Part shown: positions 38,201-50,915 of the stretch, piece by piece | Position numbering within the stretch: the first letter of the stretch is position 1 | How the letters are laid out: every line of letters starts with the position of its first letter | Assembly (NCBI RefSeq): GCF_006345805.1 | Contig: NC_042997.1 | Coordinates: forward strand, 169,136,001 to 169,200,000 | DNA from: Octopus sinensis | Taxonomy: Eukaryota | DNA length: 64,000 nucleotides | Direction of reading: 5' to 3' | Made by a program: the position numbers and the translations under genes | Notes under the pieces: generated by a model | The model's database searches: none | What the model was told of the DNA's origin: nothing | The model's input: the letters and a program-made list of their open reading frames with translations, nothing else

Positions 38201-40909
38201 AACACGTATTCATATATGACAAGCTTCTTTTCAGTTTCTGGCTACCAAATCCACTCACAAGACTCTGGTGAGCCCAGGGCTATAGTAGAAGATACTTGCC
38301 CAAGGTACCATGAAGTAGGACTGAACCCAGGACCATGTGGTTGGAAAGTAAGCTTAACTGTACAGTCATGCCTGCACCTATTTCCCATTAAATACTTTCA
38401 ACCATGGAAGTAGGTGGTTTGACAGATCACACTGCATAGGTTTGGTGTATTCAGGTTAGTATTGTGATCAGCTGAAGCATATGTTTCAGTGAAGCAAATT
38501 TTACATATGATGTAAACTGTAGTCATGAAGATCATCACCAAAGAGTTTGGGTTCTGCATCTTTACTTTCCCTAGCAAGTGTCCTTTTGTATCTAACATGA
38601 GGTACACAGTACACCAATTTAATATACAATTATAAGAAAGAAAGGCAGGCTCTGTACAAACTTACACAAAACCAATTTTTTGTGCAGGTTAAATAACAAC
38701 ACTTTTTATTTGTCAAAGTTCTGTGGCAATGAAGTCAGGCTAATGGAACAGGGAAAGAGATTCACTGACAGTTCTTAGGTCAAGCTTTGCACATGAGCGA
38801 CGTGTTATCGAATATTGATGTTGTTCTTGATGGGAGGGTCTATCATACATACACACACACAATATATTATATACCACCACCTCCCCATATATAATATACA
38901 ATATATAGAATATATATTCTCCTTCATTATAGTTGATGTAAATGTTGGTTGGTTGATTTCTCCAGTCACCACTTTCCATTGTAAAGAGGAGGAAAGAAAC
39001 TAAAAGAGAGTAAATATGAAAGGGGCAGGATGAGTGCACATATTAGGCTTGGTGACAAGCAATGAGTAAATAAATACTCTCCAAACACACACAGTGTTGG
39101 AGAGAAAGAATCAAGATGAAGGAGAAGGAGGGAAGAAAATCACAGCATAATTAAGGGAGGAGTTAAATGAAAATTTGTTTTATTTCATTTTAAGGAAATA
39201 AATATTTTTCTTTTGAAAATTAGTATTCATTTCATCATTTTGTACAAATAAGAGAAATTTGATAAGTTAAATTCTCATTATTGCATGTATACCAAATTTC
39301 CTGGCAGTAAAAGTATATTACTCACCATATGACAAGTAACACTTTAGTGTGTGTATAAAATATACATTACTTGTGTGTATTATATTACAGTGAGTTGTTT
39401 CTGGAAGCTTGTTGAAGACAAACATCACTAACAAGATTGTTTAGAAACAAATCTGTCCAGGTTTGTAAATAATGTATTTCCTACATATACACTGTGATGT
39501 GTAGACTTTTTCAAATATTTAATTTGCATATTTTTCATATAGATGTATATTGTAACTTTGTTGCATATGTTTCATGTAGAAGTTTATCATATATTTGAAT
39601 ACTCTTCAACTACACAATGGGATTGTTCTATACTCCACTAGTATTTTAAATACTATTTATATACAAGTATCATCTTTATTTTACATCTGCTTTCCATACT
39701 GGAAGGGGTTGGATGGGTTGCCAAGTCTTTATATGGAGTTGCTGCCCTTTCAGATGGACCAGATGGAAAAAATTTCACTCATGCATTTCATTTTCAGCAA
39801 GTTTTCTATGGCTGGATTCCCTTTCTCAAGCCAATTATTCTTGGGTTCATTTTATCATAACACCAGCACTATAAAGGTTGTCATGTCCTTGGTAAAATTA
39901 AAAAATCCTTTCTCAGTAGAATTGGTTGCCAATGAGTTTACAGAATGTACTGGGTGCATTTTATCGTGGCACCTTGTCCTAAGCAAGACTAAAGAGTCCT
40001 CTCTGCTCTGTTTCAATTCATTTATGGCAATCATAAAGAATTTAAACAGAAGACAGAATGAACCAAGAAAAAAGAAGGCAAGTATGAATATGATGGAAGA
40101 AAAAATGATAAGAGCAGAGAAAAAAAAAGACAGTGATATGCAGCTACATGTTGCTTGTTGTTAAGGAGACTAAACAGAAAACCACATGAGTGGCATGATG
40201 TGAAAGAGACAGTGACGGGGAGGAGTCATGGAAGTGAGGGACAAGGGTGCTTGTCAACAATGAGTGATAGAAGAGGGTAGTAATGTATGCATGAGATAGA
40301 AAAGAATAGCAATAAAAATAAGTGATAGTAAGAAAGAGTAAAGGATGGATGGTGACAGAGATCAATGATGCTAAGAGAGAATGGTGGATGTCAAAAGAGT
40401 GACACGGGGAGCAGAGAGATGACAAGCAGTAAAGAAGGGTAAAAGCAAGACGATTGAATCAATAACTTAACTGAACTTTTCTTACCCTCACGTTAAAAAT
40501 ATAATATGCAGGCATGGATGTCCAGTTAAGAAGGCTGCATTGTAACCACATGGTTGCAAAGTCTCATTTTGTGGCACCTTGGACAAGTGATTTCTACTAT
40601 AGCCTTCAATACCTTGCACGTGAATTTCATAAGTTAATGGCAGCTCCTTATATATGTGCATGTGAGTGAGTGAAAGTACACATGTATATATGTGAACAAA
40701 TTACTGGACATTTAACAGTATCACTTGTCACCAGCTGAGTGAAATGGTGATATTTACATTCCTTATTGCACTGTACTTTCAAAGACCTGTGAAATAAAAA
40801 AAAAACCCTAAACGTACTCACAGTTGTGCACATCAAGTTCCTGTTATCCCTGATAACCCTAGAGTCTATGAGTAACAATGGTCATGTTATGTAAACTTTC
40901 TTCTTCTTT

Positions 40910-41230
40910 TAGGGCCTCAAAGTCAATACCATTGCCCACACCAAGTTGTTGGAGATGCTGACCAAGTCTTGGATTAGGTGTTGCCTAAAGAAGGCCATAC
41001 ATACACTACCAGGACTCTTCTCCATAACACGGCTCTCACAACCAAAGTGACAAGCCAAGAAATTTTACTATGATGTGACTCCCAACAAGTGACCATCTAG
41101 CTCTCCTGATTTAAATCCCCAGAATTACTATGCTTTGGGTAGTCCTAAATTCACTGATGGTTGCCTTCTAGGATGTGAAAGACAACATAAGAACTATCTG
41201 ATCCTCACATATAGGCACTTTAGTGGCTTT
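40910..41230 (+). mobile_element. Tc1/mariner transposase relic
   Basis: Degenerate translation GLKVNTIAHTKLL...(W)PSSSPDLNP..., with stops. Confidence 0.6.
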
Positions 41231-41419
41231 ACTGAGGCTCAGGATGGTTTTATTCAAGAACCTGTTTCTTGAATATATATATATATATATATATATAAAT
41301 ATATATATAGCTGAACATATATACCATTTTTTCTTGTATTTAATAGCTTTCCTAATATTTTATAATCCCCAATTAACTGTTTTTTATACAAATAAGTGTG
41401 CCTGTGTTCCTGTATATTC

Positions 41420-42000
41420 TTTATCATCATTTAATGTCCATGTTGGTATGGGTTGGACAGTTTGACAGAGATTGCCCACTGCCCAGGCTCCATGTCTGTT
41501 TTGACACGATTTCTATAGCTGGATGCCCTTCCTAACATCAACCACTTTACAGAGTGTACTAAATGTCATTATACAGCACTAGCATGGGTGCTTTTACATG
41601 GCAACAGCACAGATGCATTTTATGTGGTACCAACACCCACAAGCCTGCAAGATTAGGAACGCTCAGCTGAAGTGGGATGCAGGGAACATTCCTGTATGCA
41701 AGGACAACTGCATATCTACTTAGCTTGATGCATCTTCTTAAGCATAGCAAACTGCCAGAAGTCTTGGTCCCCTGTCATCCCCTCTGTGAGGCCCAATATC
41801 TGAAGATCCTTTCTCTCCACTTCATCTATCTTCCAAAGTCTACCTTTTCCACACATTCCTTCCGCAATTAGCACTCAGCTCTTCTTGATACAATTGTCTT
41901 CATACGCATTACATGACCATGCCAGCACAGTCCTCTCTCTTGCACACTACATCTGATGCCTTGTATACCCAGTCCTTCTCTCAAAATACTTACACTCTGT
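41420..42000 (-). mobile_element. Degenerate RTE LINE 3' fragment
   Basis: Shared 3'UTR motif ggatgcccttcctaa and RT C-terminal remnant. Confidence 0.65.
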
Positions 42001-42439
42001 TGTATAGGCACATTTAAAAAAAACTAAGATAACCAAACTTTAAAGCAACACACGCAATATACAAAGTAGAATGGAAATATGTAGAATTGAAATTGATAGC
42101 ACTTATAAACACTAATCAGGTTTCCTTCTTTTTAGAAGTTATCTCACCAGTTTAATTCACTGATTCCATATGCTAAGGGAATTAATATTTAATAACAGAT
42201 TCCAGTTTATAAAGTTACTTATAAAACTAATTTTCAAATATATTCCCTGAGATATGGCTGCTCATTTATTAATAGTTTTATTGGTACAGCAACTTTAAAG
42301 TAATGCAAAATCTCCAAAATATAAATCCCAATATGAAATAAGAAAGATGTAATGGTTTACAACTGAAATGAATTGAAGCTGTTAAAAATAAATAAACTCT
42401 CTGCACAAGCTGTGTAAGAGAGAAATATTCAGTCACAGA

Positions 42440-43590
42440 GCTTCATCATCATCAACGTTTAACGTCCGTTTTCCATGCAGGGATGAGTTGGGTGGTTCAA
42501 CCAAGGTAAGGGAAGCCAGGAGGCTGCACCAGGCTCCAGTCTGATATGGCAGTGTTTCTACAGCTGGATGCCCTTCCTAACGCCAACCACTCCATGAGTG
42601 TAGTGGGTGCTTTTTATGTGCCTCCGACACAGGGGCCAAGGGTGGCTGGCAATGGCCACGATCGGTTGGTGCTTTTTACATGCCACCAGCAACAGAAGCC
42701 AGTCAAGGCAGCACTGGCATTGGCCACGTTCGGATGGTGCTTTTTACGTGCCACAGGCACGGGTATCACAACTACAATTCCCATTTGAATTATATTTTGA
42801 TGTTGATGTACTTGACTCAATAGGTCTCCTCAAGCACAGCAGGTCACCCCATGATCCAAGGTAAGCACAGCAGGCTGTCCTGCAATCCGAGGAACTTTGG
42901 ATGGGCTGGGCTTTTTATGTGAAGCTGGTGCAAGAAACAGCCATGAACTCATGTTATTTGTCGGGTCTTCGCAGTCACAGCATATTTCCAGAGGTCTCAA
43001 TCTTTCGTCATTGCCTCTGTGAGGCCCAACATTCGAAGGTCATGCTTGACCACCTCATCCCATGTCTTCCTGGGTCTACCTCTACCCCGGATTCCTTCAA
43101 CTGTTTGGGAGTGGCACTTCTTCACACATCTCTCCTCATCCATCTCTAGTACATGACCAAACTAGTGCAAACATCTCTCTTGCACGCCACATCCAATGCA
43201 TCTTATGTCCAACATTTCTCTCAGGGTGCTTACACTCTGTCATGTGTGCACACTGACATTACACATCCAGCGGATCATGCTAACTTCATTTCTTTCGAGC
43301 CTACGCATGTCCTGCACAGTCACAGCCTATGTTTCACTGCCATGAAGCATGGCAGTTCACACACATGCGTCGTACAATCTACCTTTCACTCTGAGCGAGA
43401 GACCCTTTGTCACCAGTAGGGATAGAAACTTTCTAAACTTTGCCCAGGCTATTCTTATTCTAGTGGTGACACTCTCTGAGCATCCACCTCCACTACTGAC
43501 TTGGTCACCTCGGTAGTGGAAGCTATCAACTACTTCTAGTTTCTCACCCTGTTTTCTGAGTAGCTGTGGTGTCTATTGCCCCTGTGCATC
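42440..43590 (-). mobile_element. RTE LINE 3' fragment with 3'UTR and (GAT)n tail
   Basis: Reverse complement of the same RT C-terminal sequence seen at 37350-37850 and 62511-62916; tail catcatcatc at ~42445. Confidence 0.8.
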
Positions 43591-43910
43591 TGCCACACAT
43601 GAAAGCTATCTTCTTAGTTAATTTTCCTTTGACGTTGCTCGGTTGTTAAAAACAAAAATCGATTCAGAAAATATAATTAAACTTCATCAAAAACTAATAA
43701 GTATCACAAAGAGCAATCAGATACAAAACACCTACTCTAATACAGTATGATAAATTTAAATACTGTCAAGTTTTATCCATGGTTAATTGAGCCAACACAG
43801 CTGTTGAAGATAATATACATCATTCTTCATTCATATATATCATTGAGTTTTATTGTTAAAAAAAAGTCAATATCATTAAATAATTGTTTTTAATATCATC
43901 CAATGTTAAT

Positions 43911-44474
43911 TATTCATTTATTAATTAGGGCTTATAACAGAACCTAATTTTATTTCCAACAGTGAATTCTTGAATTTAGATAACCACATTGATAAAGCTT
44001 ATATTTCGTTTGCAGATTCTTTATGTGAATTCATGTGTTGAAGCATATTCTGTTGTGTCTGGGGAAAGTTGTTTTCTTTTTGTGCCTTATAATTTAATAC
44101 ACTCACCAGTAAAATTTCCACTTATTCCTAATTTTTATTTTCCTAAAATTTTCATTACGTCTTGCAACCTTTTCAATAGTCTTGACTGTCCATTATTTCG
44201 TTGCAAGACGCAACGAAAATTTTAGGAAAATAAAAATAAGGAATAAGTGGAAATTTTACTGGTGAGTGTGTTAAATTATAAGGCACAAAAAGAAAACGAC
44301 TTTCCCCAGACACAACAGAATATGCTTCAACACATGAACTCACATAAAGAATCTTGCAAACCAAATCCAAAAACGAAATATAATAAGCTTTATCAATGTG
44401 GTTATTTAAATTCAAGAATTCACTGTTGGAAATAAAATTAGGTTCTATTATAAGCCCTAATTAATAAATGAATA
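43911..44474. repeat. Long palindrome / foldback
   Basis: Arms 43911-44168 and 44200-44474 with a 31-nt loop. The ORF track gives near-identical peptides on opposite strands (43989+ and 44173-). Confidence 0.92.
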
Positions 44475-44869
44475 ATAACAATTAAGTAAAAATGAATGTG
44501 TTGGCATTACTTTCTTCTGCTTGTTCATTCCTCCATTCATTTCTCCCATCACATTCACAAGTGCCTTAACTCATATCCATACTAACTTCTCTTAGCTTAG
44601 CATCTCCTGTTTCTTTAGGACGCTACATTTTACTCCACCCACCCTTCCCAATTCCTACTAATGGCATTACTCTGTTGTCTCAGTGTACTAGTAAAAATGA
44701 AGGTCTGCAAAAAAATTACATCATAACCCATGCAACAGAACTCTTTTACCTACTAGTAGATGCATAAGTGGCTTAGCATTATAGCCCTTAATTTAGAAAT
44801 GAAGGTCATGAACATAATATGCAGTCTATGCATATATCCAGTGATCAGAAACCACCAATTGAAATGTTA

Positions 44870-45485
44870 TACTCTTTACTCTTTTACTTGTTTCAGTCAT
44901 TTGACTGTGACCATGCTGGAGCGCCGCCTTTAGTCGAGCAAATCAACCCCAGGACTTATTCTTTGGAAGCCTAGTACTTATTCTATCGGTCTCTTTTGCC
45001 GAACTGCTAGTTATGGGGATGTAAACACACCAGCATCAGTTGCCAAGCGATGCTGGGGGGGGGGGGCAAACACAGACACGACATGTGTAAAAGATTCGAG
45101 CGAGGTCTTTGCCAGTACCGCCTGACTGGTCCCGTGCCGGTGGCACGTAAAAGCATCCACTACACTCTCAGAGTGGTTGGCTTTAGGAAGGGCATCCAAC
45201 TGTAGAAACTGCCAGATCAAGACTGAAGCCTGGTGCAGCCATCTGGTTCACTAGCCCTCAGTCAAATCGTTCAACCCATGCTAGCATGGAAAGCGGACGT
45301 TGAACGATGATGATGATGATACGACAGGCTTCTTTCAGTTTCCGTCTACCAAATCCACTCAAAAGGCTTTGGTCGGCCTGAAGCTATAGTAGAAGACACT
45401 TGCCCATGGTGCTACGCAGTGGGACTGAATCCAGAACCATGTTGTTTGTAAGCAAGCTACTTACCACACAGCCACTCTTACGCCT
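44870..45485 (-). mobile_element. Family A SINE interrupted by an RTE 3'UTR insertion (45076-45320)
   Basis: SINE tail half at 44870-45075 and head half at 45321-45485 flank a plus-strand RTE 3' end with a (GAT)n tail. Confidence 0.7.
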
Positions 45486-45579
45486 ATACACAGCCACTCC
45501 TACGCCTATATGTAAATTTATGATGTAGAAAGTGTTCCATTTCCAGAGATCTTATTTTTTTCCCTTATAAAAAATAAAT

Positions 45580-46150
45580 TATCATCATCATTTAACATCC
45601 ATTGTCCATGCTGGCATGGGCTGGACAGTTTGGCCAGATCTGGCAAGCCAGGAGCTGCACCAGATTCCAGTCTGATTTGGCATGGTTTCTACAGCTGGAT
45701 GCCTTTCTTAATGCCAACCACTTTACAGAGTGTGTTGGGGTGCATTTACATGGCACCACACAGGCACTTTTATGAGGCACTGCCATGAGTGCTTTTCACC
45801 ACCAGAGGGACAAATCTCAACATTTCTGCTGCGGAATACGGGTGCCAAGGTTCTCGGTCCTCAGTCATCTCACCTGAAAGGTTCAACATCTTGAAGTCAT
45901 TGTTCAGTACTTCATCCTATATCTTCCTGAGTCTCCCACTTCTATGTGTTCTATCTACTTTGAGAGACTGGTACCCATTTGAATCACAAAACCAAACCAG
46001 CATAGTCTTCTCTCTTGTACACAACAACTAACTCCTCATGCCTAACTTCTCTCTCAAAACACTAGCACTCTGTCGAACATGTGCACTTACATTACACATC
46101 CAGCAGAGCATACTAGCCTCATTCCTTTCTAACCTTTGCATGTCCTCTGC
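45580..46150 (-). mobile_element. RTE LINE 3' fragment
   Basis: ORF 46028-46270 contains CEMWALNAEDMQRLERNEASMLCWMCNVS; 3'UTR and (GAT)n tail follow. Confidence 0.8.
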
Positions 46151-46666
46151 ATTCAGGGCCCACATCTCACACGTTTCTATTTTATCCAACATTACAATAA
46201 TGTAAAATACCTTACAAAATGATAAAATGTCACAAGTTTTTAAATTAACAACAGGGGCAATGGAAGCCAAAGAGAATAGGGGTTACTAACAAAAAAAAAC
46301 ACACAGACAGAGCAGTCAAAAAGAGATAAACTTTTTGATCCAACAAAAACAATGAATAAAAGGCAGAGAGAATTGAATATAGTAGATGGCAGCCATTACA
46401 AGTAGGAAGTAAAAACAAAAATATACATGCACTTTGTAACCTTCACTGAAATTTCAGTTACTGCTTTCAGAGTAACACTCATAACACCAATCAATTCAGT
46501 CATGTCTTATATTGGACAGTCAATCATAATCAAAACCTGCCAGTCTACCAAGTTTGTGATTATTTCATTTATAGTGACCAAGCAATTGTGTATGTGTATA
46601 CAGTCCTGTTCAAAAGATATTTATTACTATCTAGTCCAAAGGTAAAGAAACAAACAAGTCCATAAC

Positions 46667-46771
46667 CTGTTTAGGATCACCCATATTGATAGAATCGATA
46701 CAGCTCAACTTGAACTTGTGCAGGTTGCAGCTGGCTGCAATACTAGCAGGAAGTTTCACAGAATTATTGTT
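46667..46771 (-). CDS. Candidate internal exon of an unidentified gene (NNNSVKLPASIAASCNLHKFKLSCIDSINMGDPKQ)
   Basis: Acceptor ccttcatcttcag|, donor CAG|gttatg. 105 nt, phase 0 to 0, only one open frame. Family not recognised. Confidence 0.45.
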
Positions 46772-46984
46772 CTGAAGATGAAGGATTGGTAAAGCTATTT
46801 AGCATGCCCCTTGGTGGGAAAAACAAAGTAAGAATGACAAAATGTGAAGGGTTCAAGTATAGGATGAACTTAGATAAGGAAGGGATGCAGCTTACAACTT
46901 CAGAGGATCAGTGCTGGTGAGTGAGGGTTTTGCCATCCAGTCAGATGATCCATTACTGAACAAGATCTAGAATGTGCATGTGTG

Positions 46985-47016
<32 letters not shown>

Positions 47017-47019
<3 letters not shown>

Positions 47020-47196
47020 GGGCAAAGGAAAGTGATTGCGTCACTCATAGCCTCTCCTCTCCAGGTGTAATGATCGCTGCAGAACTTCTACTTGGCTGTG
47101 CCTTGTGGAAAGTTCTTGCTAATGGCCTCTCCTGCACTACTGTGTCCACAGCAGCACCTTCACGCGGTACCCCCTGTTCTCACTGAGCCTGCTGTG
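47017..47196 (+). ncRNA. Putative HDV-like (CPEB3-type) self-cleaving ribozyme
   Basis: P1 GGGGGGC (47017-23) / ACCCCCT (47169-75); P2 CACAGCAGC (47147-55) / G(C)CTGCTGTG (47187-96); P3 ACC/GGT with L3 TTCACGC; J1/4 GT; J4/2 CTGA with candidate catalytic C47183. Folded by eye. Confidence 0.6.
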
Positions 47197-47577
47197 TGGC
47201 GCGACCGGGTGCTTGGCGGTATAACCAGGTGGGCAGACTGGGCTCGTTAGCCTTGGTTGGCAGCCAGTCTAGGAGAAGGAAAACTCTGACTCCAAACCCT
47301 CGCTCCGCTGCCTTGCGGATGCTCTTGGGAGAGGGAAAGGCTATGGAGTAAACCCAGACAGAAAATCCGGAGTGGAGCCCCGAAGGCGGTAGGGTGTCGA
47401 ATCTCGACCCCTTTCCGGCAACTCCTGCAGCCAACCAGACTCCAAACGTACTGCACTGCATTCCTTTGGATTATGTCTGGGGGGCCGAGAGGGAGATTCT
47501 GGTGTCCGGGCAGCCCAGTGTCTTCGTTTCTACCGCCCAGGCTTGCGCCATGGAGAAACTACTCCATCGATGGATGA
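47017..47577 (+). mobile_element. Short non-autonomous RTE-like element inserted in a (TA)n tract
   Basis: GC-rich 560-bp block bounded by (TA)n on both sides. Contains GGCAGCCAGTCTAGGAGAAGGAAAACTCTG, recalled as typical of RTE 5' regions. No RT ORF. Confidence 0.6.
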
Positions 47578-50500
47578 TATATATATATATATATAGTAGA
47601 TCCACCACCCAGATATGTAAATAATACCATACAAATAGTATTTTGACCTTTGTTTAGTCAACAACAGTTTACAGTTACTTAAGTATTTTCTAGCACTGTA
47701 AAATTTAAACCTAGCCCCTGGGAATTGTTCTGCTTATGTTATACAAGTCTTATTTGATTTAGAGCTTTAACATCTAGATTTCAAAGATTTAGACATTTTC
47801 AAAAAAATGCAGAATTTTTGTAAATTATTGGACACTGTTAAACATTATTTAGCAAATTTGAGGAATGTCATTTATGTGTAAAAAATTATGATTATGCTAA
47901 TGCTGGATGTTAAAACATTTTTAGAATGTTGGTGCCACATAAAAAGCACTGGTGCAGTTGCCATGTAAGAAGCACCGAGTACATTCTGTAAAGCAGTTGG
48001 CATTAGGAAGGGCATCCTGCCATAGAAATCAAACCAAAACAGACTTTGGAACCTAGTGCACCTCCTATCAAACCATATAACCCATGCCAGCATGGAAAAC
48101 AGACAAATGATGATGATGGCAGCAAAAAGGAGAAAGTTAATGGAAAGCAAGCTCTGAAGAATTACAATGAACATATCTTGAGATCCGGAAGACTACAAAA
48201 ATCTATATATCTATCTGAGACATAAACACATAATCAATAGCACTGTCCAAACACTGGTCCATTTTTTGGACCTTTCTCTGCATCCTCTACAACCTGTAAA
48301 CTAATAACTGTGTCAAAAATACATTCACTTTGTGTAACCATCTCTTTTACTATCATTAATTTATTAAGTTTCACTTCACAAGCTCCATGTTAAATACTTC
48401 ATCCACATCCTTCTTAAAACCGCATCTCATCTAGCTACAGATTTCCCTTCAATGACCAGCCTACTTAAAATGTAATTCTACAACTAATGAACTAATCTCA
48501 CTATTAAGTTATTCTCATCCTTAAGTCTTTGAGATCCTAAAAAGGACACAGGTATTGAAATCTTTTCCTGTTTTCTTTTTTTTTTATTAATTTTTACTGT
48601 TTTAAATCTGAATCCCCATGCTAACAGAAATAATGGTTTTGTGAAATTAGATATTTTCCTCTTGTATAAGCAATTCTTTTTACAAATGTCTGGTGTTGAC
48701 CATTTAGCTATGACTTAGGTGTAACTGAGTCAAATTTGGATTAAGGTCAAACACAGTGGTCATAGCAAAATTTAAATACATGACCATGCAGTTTGTAGCC
48801 CATGATCAACCTCACAGCTATTGTGCTCCCAAAAGAGACAAAAATCAATGCCTGTATTAAAATACTGATGAACACCCAAGTTAAAATTAGGGAACATTTA
48901 ACTTAAATGTATGCCTTTAGCATCATCATTTCTAGTTTTCCTCTAATATGTTTAAAACATTGAAGTATTGAATGTGATTTTACTACAGGTAAATTGACTC
49001 TTCAAATTCACTTATTCATACCATACTAGAAATGGATTTTATTCTTTCCTTTTCAAGCCATTATCTCTTCTTTATTCTACTAAATTATCACAATGGAGAA
49101 GCATTTACTTTTCAGTGAAATAAACAATGACAAATCTAGTAATATGCTATACTTTTCCATTATTAAGACCATAGCATTATACTGAATATTCTCTAACCCT
49201 TTTGTTACAATATTTCTGTTGAAATACATTGCTTTTGTTTCAATTAATTTTGAAAATAATGAATTTAGTAAAATAAAATTGTCGTCATTTAGCTGGTATT
49301 TAGAACATGACAAGAAATGATGGCTTAAAAACATGTAGTTTGTACTAGAGTACCAAGGATAGTCTCCAATAAGTAGGTATCAAAAGGGATTAAAAATCTT
49401 CATCAGTACAGGTAATTAAAGATTAAATATGCTAAATTTTCAAGCCAACTTATGTACAATATTCTTCAACTATTTCACAATTTTCTTTTTTGTTTCAACA
49501 ACCATGGCAATGTTTTACTGGGAGAGTTTTCTCCCATACTTGCCAAAATTATTAAAGCAATAATAATCACTGTCTTGATGTTATCTTTTCACCGCATAAT
49601 CAATTCTAATTAGGTTTTTGACACTGCTACATTAACATTAGAAGTAAAACTAAGTGCTAAGCAAGGGCACTATATTCTTCAATCTCTGTTAGCAATTTAA
49701 CTTTTTTTATACTTCCAGTCTTAAATACCAATTTAATAATGACAAAGTTACTTTACTAAATTCATTATTTTCCAAATAAACTAAAACAAAGATAAAGTAT
49801 TTCAACAGAAATATGGTAACTAAAAGGCTTGGATTTCACTTAAGGTATGTGACAACATGTCACAACAGAAATATTTTCCAAATTTTAAATATTTTAATGG
49901 CATTTCGAGGATCACAATCATTCCTATAAACTACTGATAAATTCCTTCTTTCTACATTCTAACCAAAATTTTATTTAAAACCATTTGACTAATAACATTT
50001 TAGTCTTTAGTAGGAAAAAAAGGACTGAACATAAATGTAAATTTTGTTTTTAAAATCTCTATATTAATGAATAATTTCGATGTTTTACAAACAAAACAAA
50101 ATACTGATCACTGCTAAATATCGTAAAGTCCCTTTAAAAGAAAAGTCACAACATGATTTTGTTTGATTCAGAGCTGGGGTGGGAATGTCGTTTTAACATC
50201 GTTTATATTACTGTTCTTGGCAAAAGCATGCCAATCACAACAACTCCTGTCTGACTAAAATGCAAAGAATGCAAGAAAGTTACGTGCAAATGTCTTTCCA
50301 TAAGAGTATCCAATGTCAAGTAAACAGCTCTTCCGATATCAAATGTTGATGGAACAGAGCAAAGACAATCTCTCTTATTTTCCCTAGGCCATAGTTACAC
50401 CCATGTCTACACTACCCAAAGTGTCCTCCTTTCAAATCAAGAGGGTGGGATTTGAGGAAGACTTAGCTGCTACTTCTCCTAGGTCGAACGATTGTACAGA

Positions 50501-50850
50501 GAGGATCCCTCGTTCACTCGTCTACAAAGAATGTAAATCTGTGGAAAATGTTTGTACATAAAGCTCGGTACCACATCGAAAAGTTACGTTCAAAAAACAA
50601 CAAAACCTTCGTATAGTAACTTAAATACTTCAAACATATACTAATGACTGGTAAACAAAGTAGCTAATTTGACTTAATGTAGCCAAGCCGGTAAAGTTAG
50701 TTAAGCTTATCATCAAAGTTTAACTGTAATCATTATAATGTTGTACATATAACTAGAACATAGATATTTAATAGTCTAAAGCTGTAACTTATCTGATACA
50801 GTTACTGCTTGCTAGGCATAAAATCTCTAAAATACGCACCGTTTAGAAAT

Positions 50851-50915
<65 letters not shown>

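Noticed and set aside
39391-39460. Plus-strand segment with acceptor- and donor-like ends
   Set aside because: Stops in all three frames and no neighbouring plus-strand exon chain; such sites occur by chance in AT-rich DNA.
39595-40164. 189-aa plus-strand ORF
   Set aside because: It is built from a degenerate RTE 3'UTR plus purine-rich simple sequence, with no splice or homology support.
46678-46789. Open plus-strand frame ITHIDRIDTAQLELVQVAAGCNTSRKFHRIIVLKMKD overlapping the 46667-46771 exon
   Set aside because: The polypyrimidine tract and local T-skew favour the minus strand, so this is probably an antisense shadow ORF. Not fully excluded.
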